NCBI RefSeq assembly: GCF_006345805.1
Contig: NC_043010.1
Span: 66,154,001 to 66,218,000 of the forward strand
Direction of reading: 5' to 3'
Length of the DNA stretch: 64,000 nucleotides
Source: Octopus sinensis
Taxonomy: Eukaryota
The notes beneath the pieces were generated by a model. That model saw nothing but the letters and a program-made list of their open reading frames with translations. It had not been told where the DNA came from and searched no databases. The number at the start of each line of letters is the position of its first letter. The first letter of the stretch is position 1. Made by a program: the position numbers and the translations under genes. Shown here piece by piece: positions 1 through 11,981 of the stretch.

Positions 1-113
1 TTCTAACTTGTTGTCTCTTGAGGTCTCTGGGTGAGACTTGGAGCCAACTTGTACAAATGCAAAGCAAAAGTCAAAGATAAAATAATAATAATAATAATAA
101 TATGTTAACAAAC

Positions 114-290
114 CTAAAGAATTGACTCTGAAGACAAACTCTTTCAGGACTTCCTTGTCCAGCAGATAGTCTAACGGTAATGGAGGTAACTTGGTCCGCA
201 TCTCCCCACTTGGTGAGGGCATCCAGCCCATCTTCCAGACAAGGGGTGGTGTTCGAGCATAACTGTTCAACAAAGGTAGCCGGGCAAGAC
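114..290 (-). CDS. HTT: HTT exon 40 in window (177 nt, phase 1 to 1)
   Basis: LARLPLLNSYARTPPLVWKMGWMPSPSGEMRTKLPPLPLDYLLDKEVLKEFVFRVNSL(G); ttgtcag / gtttgt (a different frame from the listed ORF). Confidence 0.96.
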
Positions 291-454
291 CTGACAAAGT
301 TTGTAGGGTTCACAAAGAATTGAAAAGAAAAAGTGGAAATGAATAAGAAACAGTTTGGCACCCAGAATGGTAATCTAAAGAAAAACACAGAAGAGAGGAA
401 AAAACATCATTGTCATCATCATCATTGTTATTATTAATATTATTATTGTGAAAA

Positions 455-895
455 TCAAATCAAATCAAATCAAAATAGATGAACATCAACGGAATTTGTA
501 TCTTTGTGGTACCAGTGCCGGTGGCACACAAGAAAACCATCCGAACGTGGCCGTAGCCAGTACCGCATCGACTGGCCTCCGTGCTGTGGGCACGTAACAA
601 ACACCATCCGATCGTGGCCGTTCGCCAGCCTCATCTGGCACCTGTGTCGGTGGCACATAAAAACACCATCCGAGCGTGGCCGTCTGCCAGCCTCGTCTGG
701 CACCTGTGTCGGTGGCACATAAAATCACCCACTACACTCTCGGAGTGGTTGGCATTAGGAAGGGCATCCAGCTGTAGAAACACTGCCAGATCTGACTGGC
801 CTGGTGCAGCCTTCGGGCTCCCCAGACCCCAGTTGAACCGTCTAACCCATGCTAGCATGGAAAGCGGACGTTAAATGATGATGATGATGATGAAA
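455..895 (+). mobile_element. Family C retroposon: (aaatc)n start, three ~60-bp subunits, conserved 3' module, (gat)n tail
   Basis: 3' module cccactacactctcggagtggttggc.ttaggaagggcatccagctgtagaaa...cggacgttaaa(t/c)gatgat. More than 20 copies, e.g. 1045-1530(-), 5716-5917(+), 15195-15475(-), 31445-31655(+), 34895-35255(-), 42690-43140(-), 63327-63600(+). Confidence 0.85.
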
Positions 896-1813
896 GTATG
901 TGAAGCAGGATTAAAGGATTAACTGAGAGAATTACAAGTTGTTTCAGATGATCACACAAGATGCATACACAATGTGCACAAAGTTAGATTAGTTTAGAGA
1001 TTTGAAGAGAAGAATTTAAGAGACAGAGAGATAGATACATCATCATCACCGTTTAACGTCCGCTTTCCATGCTAGCATGGGTTGGACGATTTTGACTGAG
1101 GGCTGGCGAACCAGATGGCTGCACCAGGCTCCAATCTTGATCTGGCAGAGTTTCTACAGCTGGATGCCCTTCCTAACACCAACCACTCCGAGAGTGTAGT
1201 GGGTGCTTTTACATGCCACTAGCACGGGGGCCGGTAAGGCAATACTGGCAACGACCTTGCTTGAATCTTTTTATACATGCCACCACGCTCGCATGGTGCC
1301 TTTCATGTGCCACCGGCACGGAAGCCAGTTAGCCGCTCTGGCAACGATCACGTTCAGATGGTGCTCTTAGCACCCTACTAATATGGGGCTCGAGTGCCAG
1401 TAAGGTGATGCTGGTAACGATCACACTCGAATGATGCTTTTTACGTGCTACTGGCATGGAAGGCGATTAGCCGCTCTGTCAATGATCACACTCGTATGGT
1501 GCTCTTTGCACCTTGCTAGCACGGATGCCAGTCATCGAATTGGTCATAGAAGGAAAAAGAAAGGCAGAGAGTTGGATAGAAAAAAAGAGAAATGCTGAGA
1601 AAGATGAAAAGAGAAACGAGAGAGAGAGAGAGAGAGAGGAAGATAGAGAAACAGATAAAGAAGAGAGAGAGAAAGGAATCTAGAGATAAAGTGGGGAGAA
1701 GGGTGAAAAGTGGGAGTGAGAGAGAGAGGAGAGTGAGATAATGTTAAAGGGAAGGAAAGAAAAAAAGAAAGACAGAGTAATGAGAGAGAAAGAGAGAAAA
1801 ATCTGTACGTTAC

Positions 1814-1951
1814 CAACGATGATTTTACGAATGGGAGCAATCAAAAAGAGTGGCAGATGTTGATCCATTTGGCAACTGAGGCTGAGATGAGAGCGCAGAC
1901 AATGCACCAGTTCAGATATATGATCACAGGACACAACCACGTGGTGGTAAT
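1814..1951 (-). CDS. HTT: HTT exon 39 in window (138 nt, phase 1 to 1)
   Basis: YHHVVVSCDHISELVHCLRSHLSLSCQMDQHLPLFLIAPIRKIIV; tccctag / gtaacg. Confidence 0.9.
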
Positions 1952-2896
1952 CTAGGGAAAGACAACAAAGTGGAAGAGAGAGAGAATAAGGATAATACAT
2001 GTCGAAATATGTAAAAATTGAGTTATTCTTAATCACATTATAATTAACTAATTAACCTCATCTTTAAAGATGAAATACGTTTTTTTTTACAATGTAGGAG
2101 TGGCCGTGTGGTAAGTAGCTTGCTTATGAACCACATAGTTCTGGGTTCAGTCCCACTGCATGGCAACTTGGGCAAGTGTCTTGTACCAAGTGCCTTGAGC
2201 CAACAAAAGCCTTGTGAATGGATTTGGTAGATGGAAACTGAGAGAAGCCTATCGTATATATGTGTGTGTGTGTTTATGTTTGTGTGTCTGTATTTGTCCC
2301 CCCAACATTGCTTGACAACCGATGCTGATGTATTTACGTCCCTGTAACTTAGTGGTTTGGCAAAAGAGACTGATAGAATAAGTACTAGGCTTACAAAGAC
2401 TAAATTCTGGGGGTCGATTGTTCGACTAAAGGCAGTGCTCCAGCATGGCCACAGTCAAATGACTGACACAAGTAAAAGTCTAAAAGACATCATGCCGGGT
2501 GAAATGCTTAGCAGTATTTCGTCTGCTGTTACGTTCTGAGTTCAACTTTCCCTTTCATCTTTGCAGGGTCGCTCAAACAAGTACCAGTTATGCACTGGGG
2601 AAATGTAATCAACTTAATCCCTTTGTCTGTCCTTCTTTGTCCCCTCTATGTTTAGCTTCCGGTGGGCAATAAAGAAATAAATATCTATATCTACAAAACA
2701 TTTCAATCTCCGATCATCATCAGGTATTTTATTCCAAGATGTCTTCACACATGTCAAATGTCTGAACCAGCACAGTCTTCTGCTGTCCACACTACAGACG
2801 ATTTCTCTACTGCCTTTATTTTCTTCTCCCAGCTCATCTATGTTCCACCATCCATACATGCTGACATTACTCATCTAACAGAACAATGCTTGCATC

Positions 2897-3174
2897 ATCT
2901 ATTATATAAAATCCGTTCTGTCTGTCTGTGTGTGTGTGTCTTCTAGGATCTCGGGCATCCTCCATCTGACTGTGCTCAAATTTGATATGTAGATACTGAT
3001 GGTATCAGGTCGTGTATAAGTCTTGAAAAAATTACAAAAATCGATTCCAGGTGAGAATGCAATCGATAAAGCCATGGGAACATGCATTTGTAAGCACAAG
3101 TACATCAGCTGTTGCAATCGATACTAGGCATACGTGAGAAAAATGCATGTGCAGTTTGCGCAAAAAAAGCTAGT
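2897..3174 (-). mobile_element. HINE-like element in opposite orientation, diverged
   Basis: atctattatataaaat, (ctgt)n/(gt)n ... gctagt termini. Confidence 0.45.
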
Positions 3175-3868
3175 ATATTTAAGAGATCAAAAAAGTAAGA
3201 CGCAAAAGAGATATTTTCTTCAAACTTGGCATGACAGAAGGAAAGACTATTTGGTTTCTCAATAAGTTTTTTTTTTTGCCTTAACTTCATTTAACAAAAC
3301 CAAAAATTTTATTGAAATAAAGGCATGCTTAATTATTTTTTAATGAAAAGAAAACACTGATTGCTTTTTATTCAGCAGATATGATTCAGTACCGTCCATT
3401 GGATGGGGGGCATTTTGCTCGTTTGTGTATATAATACACAAAGGTTGGCAGAATTGTTAGCACAAAAGATGAAATGCTTAGTGATATTTCATGTCTTCGC
3501 ATCATGAGTTCACATTCTGCTAAGGTTGACTTTGCCTGTCATCCTTTTGAGTTTGATAAAATAAGTACCAGTTGAACACTGGGGTCGATGTAATCGACTT
3601 AAAAAAACTCCTGGGTAAGAGTATAAAAACTGCACCCCTCAACAAAGCCATGCCAAGCCAGTGTGGAAGAGTAGGTTCATCAAACTAGTATGATCTCAAG
3701 TTCAAATTCACAGCTCCCACATCAGACCATGGTTGGTGGAGAAAACATGCTTGAGGTCATCATCCACAGTGGACCGAACATTGGCAATCCAATCCAGTTC
3801 AAATACACAAGTAATGGGCACAAGTAAATAAAAAGCATTTTTAAGCTGATGTGGTCAAGTCTACTTAC

Positions 3869-3949
3869 CATCAAAACTCTGTTTTGGCTGATCATCATGG
3901 ACATCTTGGTTGGGCAGAATGGCCAGTTTCATACCAGGGAGAACCATTA
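3869..3949 (-). CDS. HTT: HTT exon 38 in window (81 nt, phase 1 to 1)
   Basis: MVLPGMKLAILPNQDVHDDQPKQSFD; gttgcag / gtaagt; phases fit; VLPG matches human. Confidence 0.85.
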
Positions 3950-4087
3950 CTGCAACCATTGAAAGTTTGACAACAATCAGTGAGGAAAAGAAGGAAAGAG
4001 AAAAACATGGGAATCCTTATATAAAAAAAAAATTTTGTAGCTTTATAGATTCACAAAAGTAGCAAATGGAAATTAAAAGTAATCATA

Positions 4088-4479
4088 GCAGGAGTGGCTG
4101 TGTGGTAAGTAGCTTGCTAACCAACCACATGGTTCCGGGTTCAATCCCACTGCGTGGCATCTTGGGCGAGTGTCTTCTGCTATAGCCCCGGGCCGACCAA
4201 TGCCTTGTGAGTGGATTTGGTAGACGGAAACTGAAAGAAGCCTGTTGTATATATGTATGTGTATGTGTTTGTGTGTGTGTGTGTGTTTGTTCCCCTAGCA
4301 TTGCTTGACAACCGATGCTGGCGTATTTACATCCCCGTCACTTAGCGGTTCGGCAAAAAGAGACCGATAGAATAAGTACTGGGCTTACAAAAAGAATAAG
4401 TCCCGGGGTCGAGTTGCTTGACTAAAGGCGGTGCTTCAGCATGGCCGCAGTCAAATGACTGAAACAAGTAAAAGAGAGT
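4088..4479 (+). mobile_element. SINE family A, tRNA-derived head, representative full copy (about 20 copies or fragments in window)
   Basis: A box tggctgtgtgg, B box ggttcaatcc, CORE/V-like cttgggc(a/g)agtg, internal (TA)/(TG) tract, agtaaaag tail. Other copies near 2097, 9351, 25944, 26390, 33058, 36460 (+) and 12290, 16500, 33245, 48045, 48525, 61385 (-). Confidence 0.85.
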
Positions 4480-5158
4480 ATAGTTATCCGTCCCATGAGC
4501 TGGTATGGACATGTCCTCCACGTCCAGCTAGACCATCCTACCAGGGTTTTACTCTCGTTTGATGAGCAGCTGTGGCTGGAAGAGGTCTTGTGGCTGGATG
4601 TGGTTGGGGAAGAATTCCAGAGGTTTGACAACACCTTGGAGGATGCAATGGGGTTGGCATGAGACTGCCCTTGATAGAGAGCACTGGTGGACCCGGTCAC
4701 CTCTGTGCGTGGTGACACCTCTTGGACCACAAATTTGGAATGACCTCAGCCCTGTCAAGCAAAAGCATGAAGCCAGCCAAGCTTAGACAATTCTATTCAT
4801 CTGATGTCCTTCAATAAGGATGTTTATATTATATTTTGTAACAAGAATGCTAAGTACTGTTCTCTCTCCCAATTGCTAAACCACCATTGCTCTAAGAAGA
4901 AAAAGAACAACACACATTCCATGAATTTCTTCCAGACTGTAATCATTTTCCATCAATAAGCAACATCTGGCTTCATAAGATGTTTAATTAATATAACCCA
5001 GGTTATATCATGCTGATGATTTCTAAAAGGAATGAAATAGTCTAAGGGGCAATCTCATGTGGGTTGGTACCAAAAGGGTTAGTCACAAAACTGTTCCATC
5101 AGAATCAACTTGGTGACTAAATAACAACCAACCAACCAACCAATGATCTTTAAATACC

Positions 5159-5388
5159 TATTTCTTTATTACCCACAAGGGGCTAAACACAGAGAGGACA
5201 AACAAGGACAGACATAGGTATTAAGTCAATTACATCGACCTCAGTGCGTAACTGGTACTTAATTTATCGACCCCAAAAGGATGAAAGGCAAAGACTACCT
5301 TGGCAGAATTTGAACTCACAACGTAACAGCAGACGAAATACGGCCAAGCATTTCGCCCGGCGTGCTAACGATTCTGCCAGCTCGCCAC
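5159..5388 (-). mobile_element. SINE family B (B1 tail) with 11-bp TSD
   Basis: TSD ctttaaatacc at 5148-5158 and 5389-5399; tRNA-like head and core gtagtctttgcctttcatcc. Confidence 0.85.
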
Positions 5389-5459
5389 CTTTAAATACCA
5401 TTCACAAACATTCTTCAAAGATATCAAAATGAAAAAAAAAATTAAAACTTGTAACTTAC

Positions 5460-5637
5460 AGGATTCTAACAAACGATATACAGTCTTCACACAAGTGCAA
5501 ACCCAGCTTATGTGATCTTTTTGTCCGACCACATTAGCAAGCTGCGGGTTCTGCAATACCACAGAGAGGCCTTCGAGAGCTATTTGGATTTGGTTTGATG
5601 GAGGAAGTGTAGAATGCTGAACGAGCCAATTTATCAT
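5460..5637 (-). CDS. HTT: HTT exon 37 in window (178 nt, phase 0 to 1)
   Basis: MINWLVQHSTLPPSNQIQIALEGLSVVLQNPQL...TVYRLLES; tgtcag / gtaagt. Confidence 0.9.
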
Positions 5638-6560
5638 CTGACAAAAAGAAAAGAAGAAAAAAAAATAGATTAGAATCCTTTTGTGACCAAATTTTTAACA
5701 AGTATGACCCACCCACCCCGGCACCTGTGCAGGTGGCACGTAAAAAGCACCCACTACACTCGCGGATTGGTTGGCGTTAGGAAGGGCATCCAGCCATAGA
5801 AACTCTGCCAGATCAGACTGGAGCCTGGAGCAGCCCCTGGCTTCCCAGACCCCGGTCGAACCGTCCAACCCGTGCTAGCGCGGAAAACGGACGTTAAACG
5901 ATGATGATGATGATGATCTTCTACCAGCCCTGCATATTAATTTTGGAAAATAATCAAGAATTCAGAAACGTTTAGTGAAATAAGCAACTTTTGAAAAGAA
6001 TGTGTTTATTTATCCAACGTGGGCAAGTGTCTTCTACTATAGCCTCGGGCTGACCAAAGCCTTGTGAGTGGATTTGGCAGACAGAAACTGAAAGAAGCCC
6101 ATCATATATATACATATATTTATGTATGTATGTATATGTTTGTGTGTCAGTGTTTGTTCCCCCAACATCGCTTGACAACCGATGCTGGTGTGTTTACGTC
6201 CCCATAACTTAGTGGTTCGCCAAGAGAGACCAATGGAATAAGTACTAGGCTTACAAAGAATAAGTCCTGGGGTCAATTTGCTCGACTAAAGGCAGTGCTC
6301 CAGCATAGCCACAGTCAAATGACTGAAACAAATAAAGAATAAAAAGAATAAAGTACCGGGGCTCAATTCATTTGACTCTAAATTCTTCAAGGCAGTGCCC
6401 CAGTATGGCCACAGTCTAATAACTGAAATAAGTAAAAGATAAAGATCCAAACTGTGTATTTACTCATTTCATTTCATAATAGAGTCTAAAAAATTATCTT
6501 CTCCCGTGGTTTACAATTAGAATTAACGGTTAAGGGGGCCAAAAGTTTAAGGTTTATATT

Positions 6561-7096
6561 ATAGTAGCCCGGCGTTGCCCGGGTATGTAAGAGCCCCTAG
6601 TAGGCAACGACTAATCCCAATCTAGTCCTTTCCCTCTAGGGAACGAAGGCGCATGTGTAGGTTGCAATGTCCTCTGTGTATATGATGTTCCTAGCTGTCC
6701 CTTTGGGCGAAAACGCGATTTCCCAAAATGGCATGATTTTATCGATTTTTTCTGATGGTAAGGTATTGCATGGAAAACTAACGTCAGAATTAAGTTTCTT
6801 AGGGTAACGTTAAGCTTCACCATAAGTTTGGTGAAAATCGATTGCAAGTTGCAAAAACTACAACAGAAAATGTGTTGCATATAAAAAGCTTAGATTCTCG
6901 ATCCCATGTCGAATTTATCGATTTTTTTCAGAACTGGGGGAACTTTTCAAAATTTTTGCTGCATTAGTTTTGAATTATGACATTGGGCTATGTGTGTGTC
7001 AAGTTTCATCAGAATCGGTTGAAAGCTGTGGTCAGGATGAGGGTACAACCTGACAGACACACAGACAGACAAACTGCCGTTTATATAGAGAGAAAT
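6561..7096 (+). mobile_element. Non-autonomous Helentron/HINE (DINE-1-like) element
   Basis: Start tagtagcccggcgttgcccggg; internal aagtttcatcagaatcggttg; (acag)n; end ttttatatagag. Confidence 0.65.
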
Positions 7097-7235
7097 CTAT
7101 AGTAACAATACTGAGGATGTTGGTGGTGAGTTGTAGTGGGGGTGCTAACAGCAGTGGGGACAGTTTTGAGTGGGAGGTGGGGGTGACAGTGGTAACCATG
7201 GCGACAACAATAATAGTCAACAGCCAGGTGCTTAC

Positions 7236-7463
7236 CTCTAGTGTTAGTATGATAAACCGACAGACGTCTGTCTGTGACTCCTGAGGCACTGCCGGCTGCC
7301 ATGGAAACAACATCAACGACTGCAGATACTGCAGCAGTGAGGCAGCAAACTGGAACACAGCATCCATCCAGGCAGCATCTATAAAGAAATCCTCCATCTT
7401 CTCCTGGTATTGGATCTCACGAGGACTCATTGGAATTCCAGGAGGGGGGAAATCAACAAGGAC
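7236..7463 (-). CDS. HTT: HTT exon 36 in window (228 nt, phase 0 to 0)
   Basis: VLVDFPPPGIPMSPREIQYQEKMEDFF...TDVCRFIILTLE; ttttcag / gtaagc. Confidence 0.92.
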
Positions 7464-7649
7464 CTGAAAAAAAGGAGAGGGTGAAGAAAAAAAAAAGAGA
7501 GAGAGAAAATGTAAAATTGAAAATAGATGTTGCAGAAGATTCAAATTTTTCTGACAAAAAGATATTTACTGTCCTGGAACAGAGAATCTTGAAGCACACA
7601 TAAGGCTATAAATAATAGCATGTAAATAACTGGCACTTCATCGGTTATG

Positions 7650-7950
7650 ATGATGACCGAATTGATCCAATTCACAAGAACAGCTTGCTTGTGAAATTAA
7701 TGTGCAAGTGGCTGAGTATTCCAGAGACAGGTGTGCCTTTAACATAGTTCTCAGAGAGGATCAGTGTGACATAGAATGTGACAAAGCTGGCCCTTTTGAA
7801 ATACAGGTACAACTCAATTTTGCCAGCTGAGTGGACTGGATCAATGTGAAATAAAGTGTCTTGCTCAAGGAGACAATGCGTCACTGGGAACTGAACTCAC
7901 AACCTTCGATCATGAGCCGAATGCCCTAACCACTAAGCCACGTGCCTTCA
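7650..7950 (-). mobile_element. tRNA-headed SINE with ccttgagcaa.acactt core (related copies at about 23300, 37700(-), 44625)
   Basis: A box tggcttagtgg, B box agttcagttcc. Confidence 0.7.
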
Positions 7951-8209
7951 TGTAAATTTTGGGTTAAAAAATGCCTTTTTGGATAGAAAAAATTGAAGGC
8001 TGTCTACAGATGTGAATTCATATCCCACAAAAAGCCTTTGATTTTCTGTCCAAAATGAATTTTTCAATCCAATATGTAATGCTGTTATTTATAGCTTTAT
8101 GTGTTGTGCTTCGAGATACAATGTTCCAACAAAAGAATTATTTTACATTCTCTTAAAAGTTTACCAATTCTTATGATGTCAACAAAAATATTTACATAGC
8201 CATGCCAGT

Positions 8210-9085
8210 GTCATGTAAAAGGCACCTGTGCTTGGTGACACATAAAAGGCCTCTGTACCGCTGCCATGTAAAAGGCACCTGTACTGGTGACACATAAAAG
8301 GCCTCTGTGCCGCTGCCATGTAAAAGGCACCTGTGCTGGTGACACATAAAAGGCCTCTGTGCCGCTGCCATGTAAAAGGCACCTGTGCTTGGTGACACAT
8401 AAAAGGCCTCTGTGCCGGTGCCATGTAAAAGGCACCTGTGCTGGTGACACATAAAAGGCCTCTGTGCCGGTGCCATGTAAAAGGCACCTGTGCTGGTGAC
8501 ACATAAAAGGCCTCTGTGCCGCTGCCATGTAAAAGGCACCTGTGCTTGGTGACACATAAAAGGCCTCTGTGCCGGTGCCATGTAAAAGGCACCTGTGCTG
8601 GTGACACATAAAAGGCCTCTGTGCCGGTTGCCATGTAAAAGGCACCTGTGCTGGTGACACATAAAAGGCCTCTGTACCGCTGCCATGTAAAAGGCACCTG
8701 TACTGGTGACACATAAAAGGCCTCTGTACCGCTGCCATGTAAAAGGCACCTGTACTGGTGACACATAAAAGGCCTCTGTGCCGCTGCCATGTAAAAGGCA
8801 CCTGTGCTGGTGACACATAAAAGGCCTCTGTGCCGCTGCCATGTAAAAGGCACCTGTGCTGGTGACACATAAAAGGCCTCTGTGCCGGTTCCATGTAAAA
8901 GGCACCTGTGCTTGGTGACACATAAAAGGCCTCTGTGCCGGTGCCATGTAAAAGGCACCTGTGCTGGTGACACATAAAAGGCCTCTGTGCCGGTTCCATG
9001 TAAAAGGCACCTGTGCTGGTGACACATAAAAGGCCTCTGTGCCGCTGCCATGTAAAAGGCACCTGTACTGGTGACACATGAAAAG
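8210..9085 (+). repeat. Minisatellite: about 17 units of 52-53 bp, each a dimer of 26-bp halves, inside a family-C copy
   Basis: Unit atgtaaaaggcacctgtgctggtgac + acataaaaggcctctgtgccgctgcc; runs into a degenerate family-C 3' end and (gat)n tail at about 9085-9245. Confidence 0.93.
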
Positions 9086-9825
9086 CATGCAGGGTACTCT
9101 GCAAAATGACTGATATTAGGAAAGGAATCTGGCCATAGAAACCAAACCAAAAAAGAGCCTTCTGCAGCTGCAGTCAAACCATCTAACCCATACCAGCTTG
9201 GAAAATAGACATTAAATGATTATGATGATGATAATGAATATGATGATCCTGTCTGGCATGAGTTGCCGTGGCTAAAACAAACTAGTGTTATGCATAGTTA
9301 AGGCCTGACAAGATTCAAACTAGGGACAATAAAAAATGGTTAAATAGATGTAGGAGTGGCTGTGTGGTAAGTAGCTTACTTACGAACCACATGGTTCCGG
9401 GTTCAGTCCCACTGCGTGACACCTTGGGCAAGTGTCTTTACTGTAGCCTCAGGCCGACCAAAGCCTTGTGAATGGATTTAGTAGAGGGAAACTGAAAGAG
9501 GCCCGTCGTATATATGAATGTATGTATGTATATATGTGTGTGTGTGTGTGTGTTTATGTTTGTGTGTCTGTGTTTGTCCCCCCCCCCAACATTGCTTGAC
9601 AACCAATGTTGGTGTGTTTACGTCCCCGTACCTGAGCGGTTCGGCAAAAGAGACCGATAGAATAAGTACTAGGCTTACAAAGAATAAGTCCTGGGGTCGA
9701 TTTGCTCGACTAAAGGCAGTGCTCCAGCATGGCCACAGTCAAATGATTGAAACAAGTAAAAGAGTAAAAAGGGTAAAGAGTAAGAAAAAAAAACAAAAGA
9801 AAAGGTAGAAAGTAAAAACACTTAC

Positions 9826-10044
9826 CTGGTGTGGAACAGGGAGCATATTAATCACGCTGTTAATGTGTCGGAAGAGCATGAGCTGGGCAGCCTGGAACAG
9901 TGGTTCGTATGTGACTTCGGATGAGCGAGACATATTCACAGGTTCACCACGTAAACATGATGACATCTCGTCCATCCGGTGTTGTTCAAGAGTGCATAAG
10001 GTGCCTAAAGAGATACACTCTTTCAAAATAGAAGGGCTGAACTC
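9826..10044 (-). CDS. HTT: HTT exon 35 in window (219 nt, phase 0 to 0)
   Basis: EFSPSILKECISLG...YEPLFQAAQLMLFRHINSVINMLPVPHQ; attgcag / gtaagt. Confidence 0.93.
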
Positions 10045-10632
10045 CTGCAATAAACAGACAAACAAAACAACTATGACAATGCCATCTAACATACAGTACA
10101 AGACTACAAACTGGGAATTTGGTAAGAGAATTTATGCTATTTCTTTGTTCTTTTTATGTGTGTGAAGTTGTGCTTTGTCTAGTGTGGTAAGAAGCTAGAT
10201 TTCTGTGATGACTTTTTTTGTTATCCCTGTCTGAAAAAGAAACTGAGGACCTAAATATCTGAGATAAAAAAAAAAAAAAAGGGCAGTGAGCTGGCAGAAA
10301 CGTTAGCACGCTGGACGAAATGCATAGCCGTTCTGAGTTCAAATTCCGCCGAGGTTTGACTTTGCCTTTCATCCTTTTGGGGTCAACTGGGGTTGATGTA
10401 ATAGACTTAATCTTGTCTGTCCTTGTTTGTCCCCTCTATGTTTAGCCCCTTGTGGGGAATAAAGAAATAAGAAGCTATCTTTCCAATTACAGAGTTCTGG
10501 ATTCAGTCCCATAGCATATGGCACCTTGGGCAAGTGTCTTCAGCTATAACCTCGGGCCAATCAGAGCCTTGTGAGTTGATTTGGTAGTTGAAAACTGAAA
10601 GATTCCTATCATATATATATATATATATATAT

Positions 10633-10866
10633 ACATTAACAATTAAGGAACGGCCATAATAGGCCATTCACCCACTAGAAATAACAGCCAAAGCTTCTAC
10701 CGCAAATAAAGATTAATTCCGTAACAGAGAAAATAAAAAAACATTTACCCTGTAATTTTTTTAATTTTCTCCTGTTTACGGAATTAATCTTTATTTGCGG
10801 TAGAAGCTTGGCTGTTATTTCTAGTGGGTGAATGGCCTATTATGGCCGTTCCTTAATTGTTAATGT
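10633..10866. repeat. Near-perfect hairpin with about 100-bp arms, between (TA)n tracts
   Basis: acattaacaattaagg...gagaaaat / attttctcc...ccttaattgttaatgt with 2-3 small indels. Confidence 0.92.
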
Positions 10867-10959
10867 TGAACTTAAAATGGTCTATGACTATTTAATTTTT
10901 TTCCCGCTGGGCCGCTGGTGGCAATAAATTCTACAAATTTTCCTTGCCACCCTATATTG

Positions 10960-11004
<45 letters not shown>

Positions 11005-11266
11005 ATATAAGTTTATAAGCTGACAAGAAAAGATGTGTTTAACCCTAGGCGTGGTGAGAACCACTGATGAGTGTTAAGATGCATTAAGCATCAACATGTG
11101 AAATCATCGCTCATCTGGCTCTATCCTTGACCATAGGGAGCTTGTCTCCATTGTCAGCTCATTAAGATAGTGCTTTTGTGTATATTGAGTTGTTTTGACT
11201 CTTATTTCTAGCAATACTGGCGCTGATTAGTGCCCTTGTTCACTTTAGTGACGTCTATATTTTTGC

Positions 11267-11311
<45 letters not shown>

Positions 11312-11861
11312 TTTGTGTTTATGTCTGAGCTTATTCCACCACCACCACCACCACTTGACAATCAGTATTGGTGTGTTTGTGTCTCGGAAACTTAGCAGAT
11401 CAGCAAAAGAGACTGATAGAATAAGTATTAGGTTTAAAAAAAGGCCTAAAGTTGATTTGTTCGCCAAACCCTTCAAGGTGGTACCCTAGCATGGCTGCAG
11501 TCCAACGATCGAAACACATTCAGCTTTCTCATACTAACACACACACATACACACACACATTATTAATAATCCTTTCTACTGAAAGCACAAGGCCTCAAAT
11601 TTTGGCAGAAGGGATTAAGTCGATTACATCAACCCCAGTGTGTAACTGGTACTCATTTTATCAACCCTGAAAGGATGAAAGACAAAGTTGACCTCGGCAA
11701 ATTTAAACACAGAACATAATGGCAGACGAAATACTTCTAAGCATTTTACCCAGCATGCTAACAATTCTGCCAGCTCGCTGCCTTCATATATTATCCATAA
11801 TGAAAACAAAAGATTTTAAAATTAAAAAAAAGAAAAGAAAGCGTTGTACAAGAATTTGTAC

Positions 11862-11981
11862 CTTGGCCATGATAACTGTCAATATATCAGCATAGTCAAG
11901 TTTTTGTAAGAGCAGGGCACATTCTCTTGTGTTGGGTTCTGCGCCAAAACATTGATCCTTAACAACAGATAAATACCATTC
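11862..11981 (-). CDS. HTT: HTT exon 34 in window (120 nt, phase 0 to 0)
   Basis: EWYLSVVKDQCFGAEPNTRECALLLQKLDYADILTVIMAK; cttgcag / gtacaa. Confidence 0.92.

Noticed and set aside
1-60. Possible next HTT exon
   Set aside because: No frame gives the expected WTSRTQFEE-like peptide; treated as intron.
8179-9177. Three long ORFs (297-332 aa) and a superficially CRISPR-like periodicity
   Set aside because: The ORFs arise from a stop-poor tandem unit read in all frames. Both halves of each unit repeat, so there are no unique spacers; there are no cas genes and the context is a eukaryotic intron.
11055-11120. CUGAUGA...GAAAU hammerhead-like stretch
   Set aside because: Two extra bases precede GAAA and stem I does not abut the cleavage site; at best a decayed relic.
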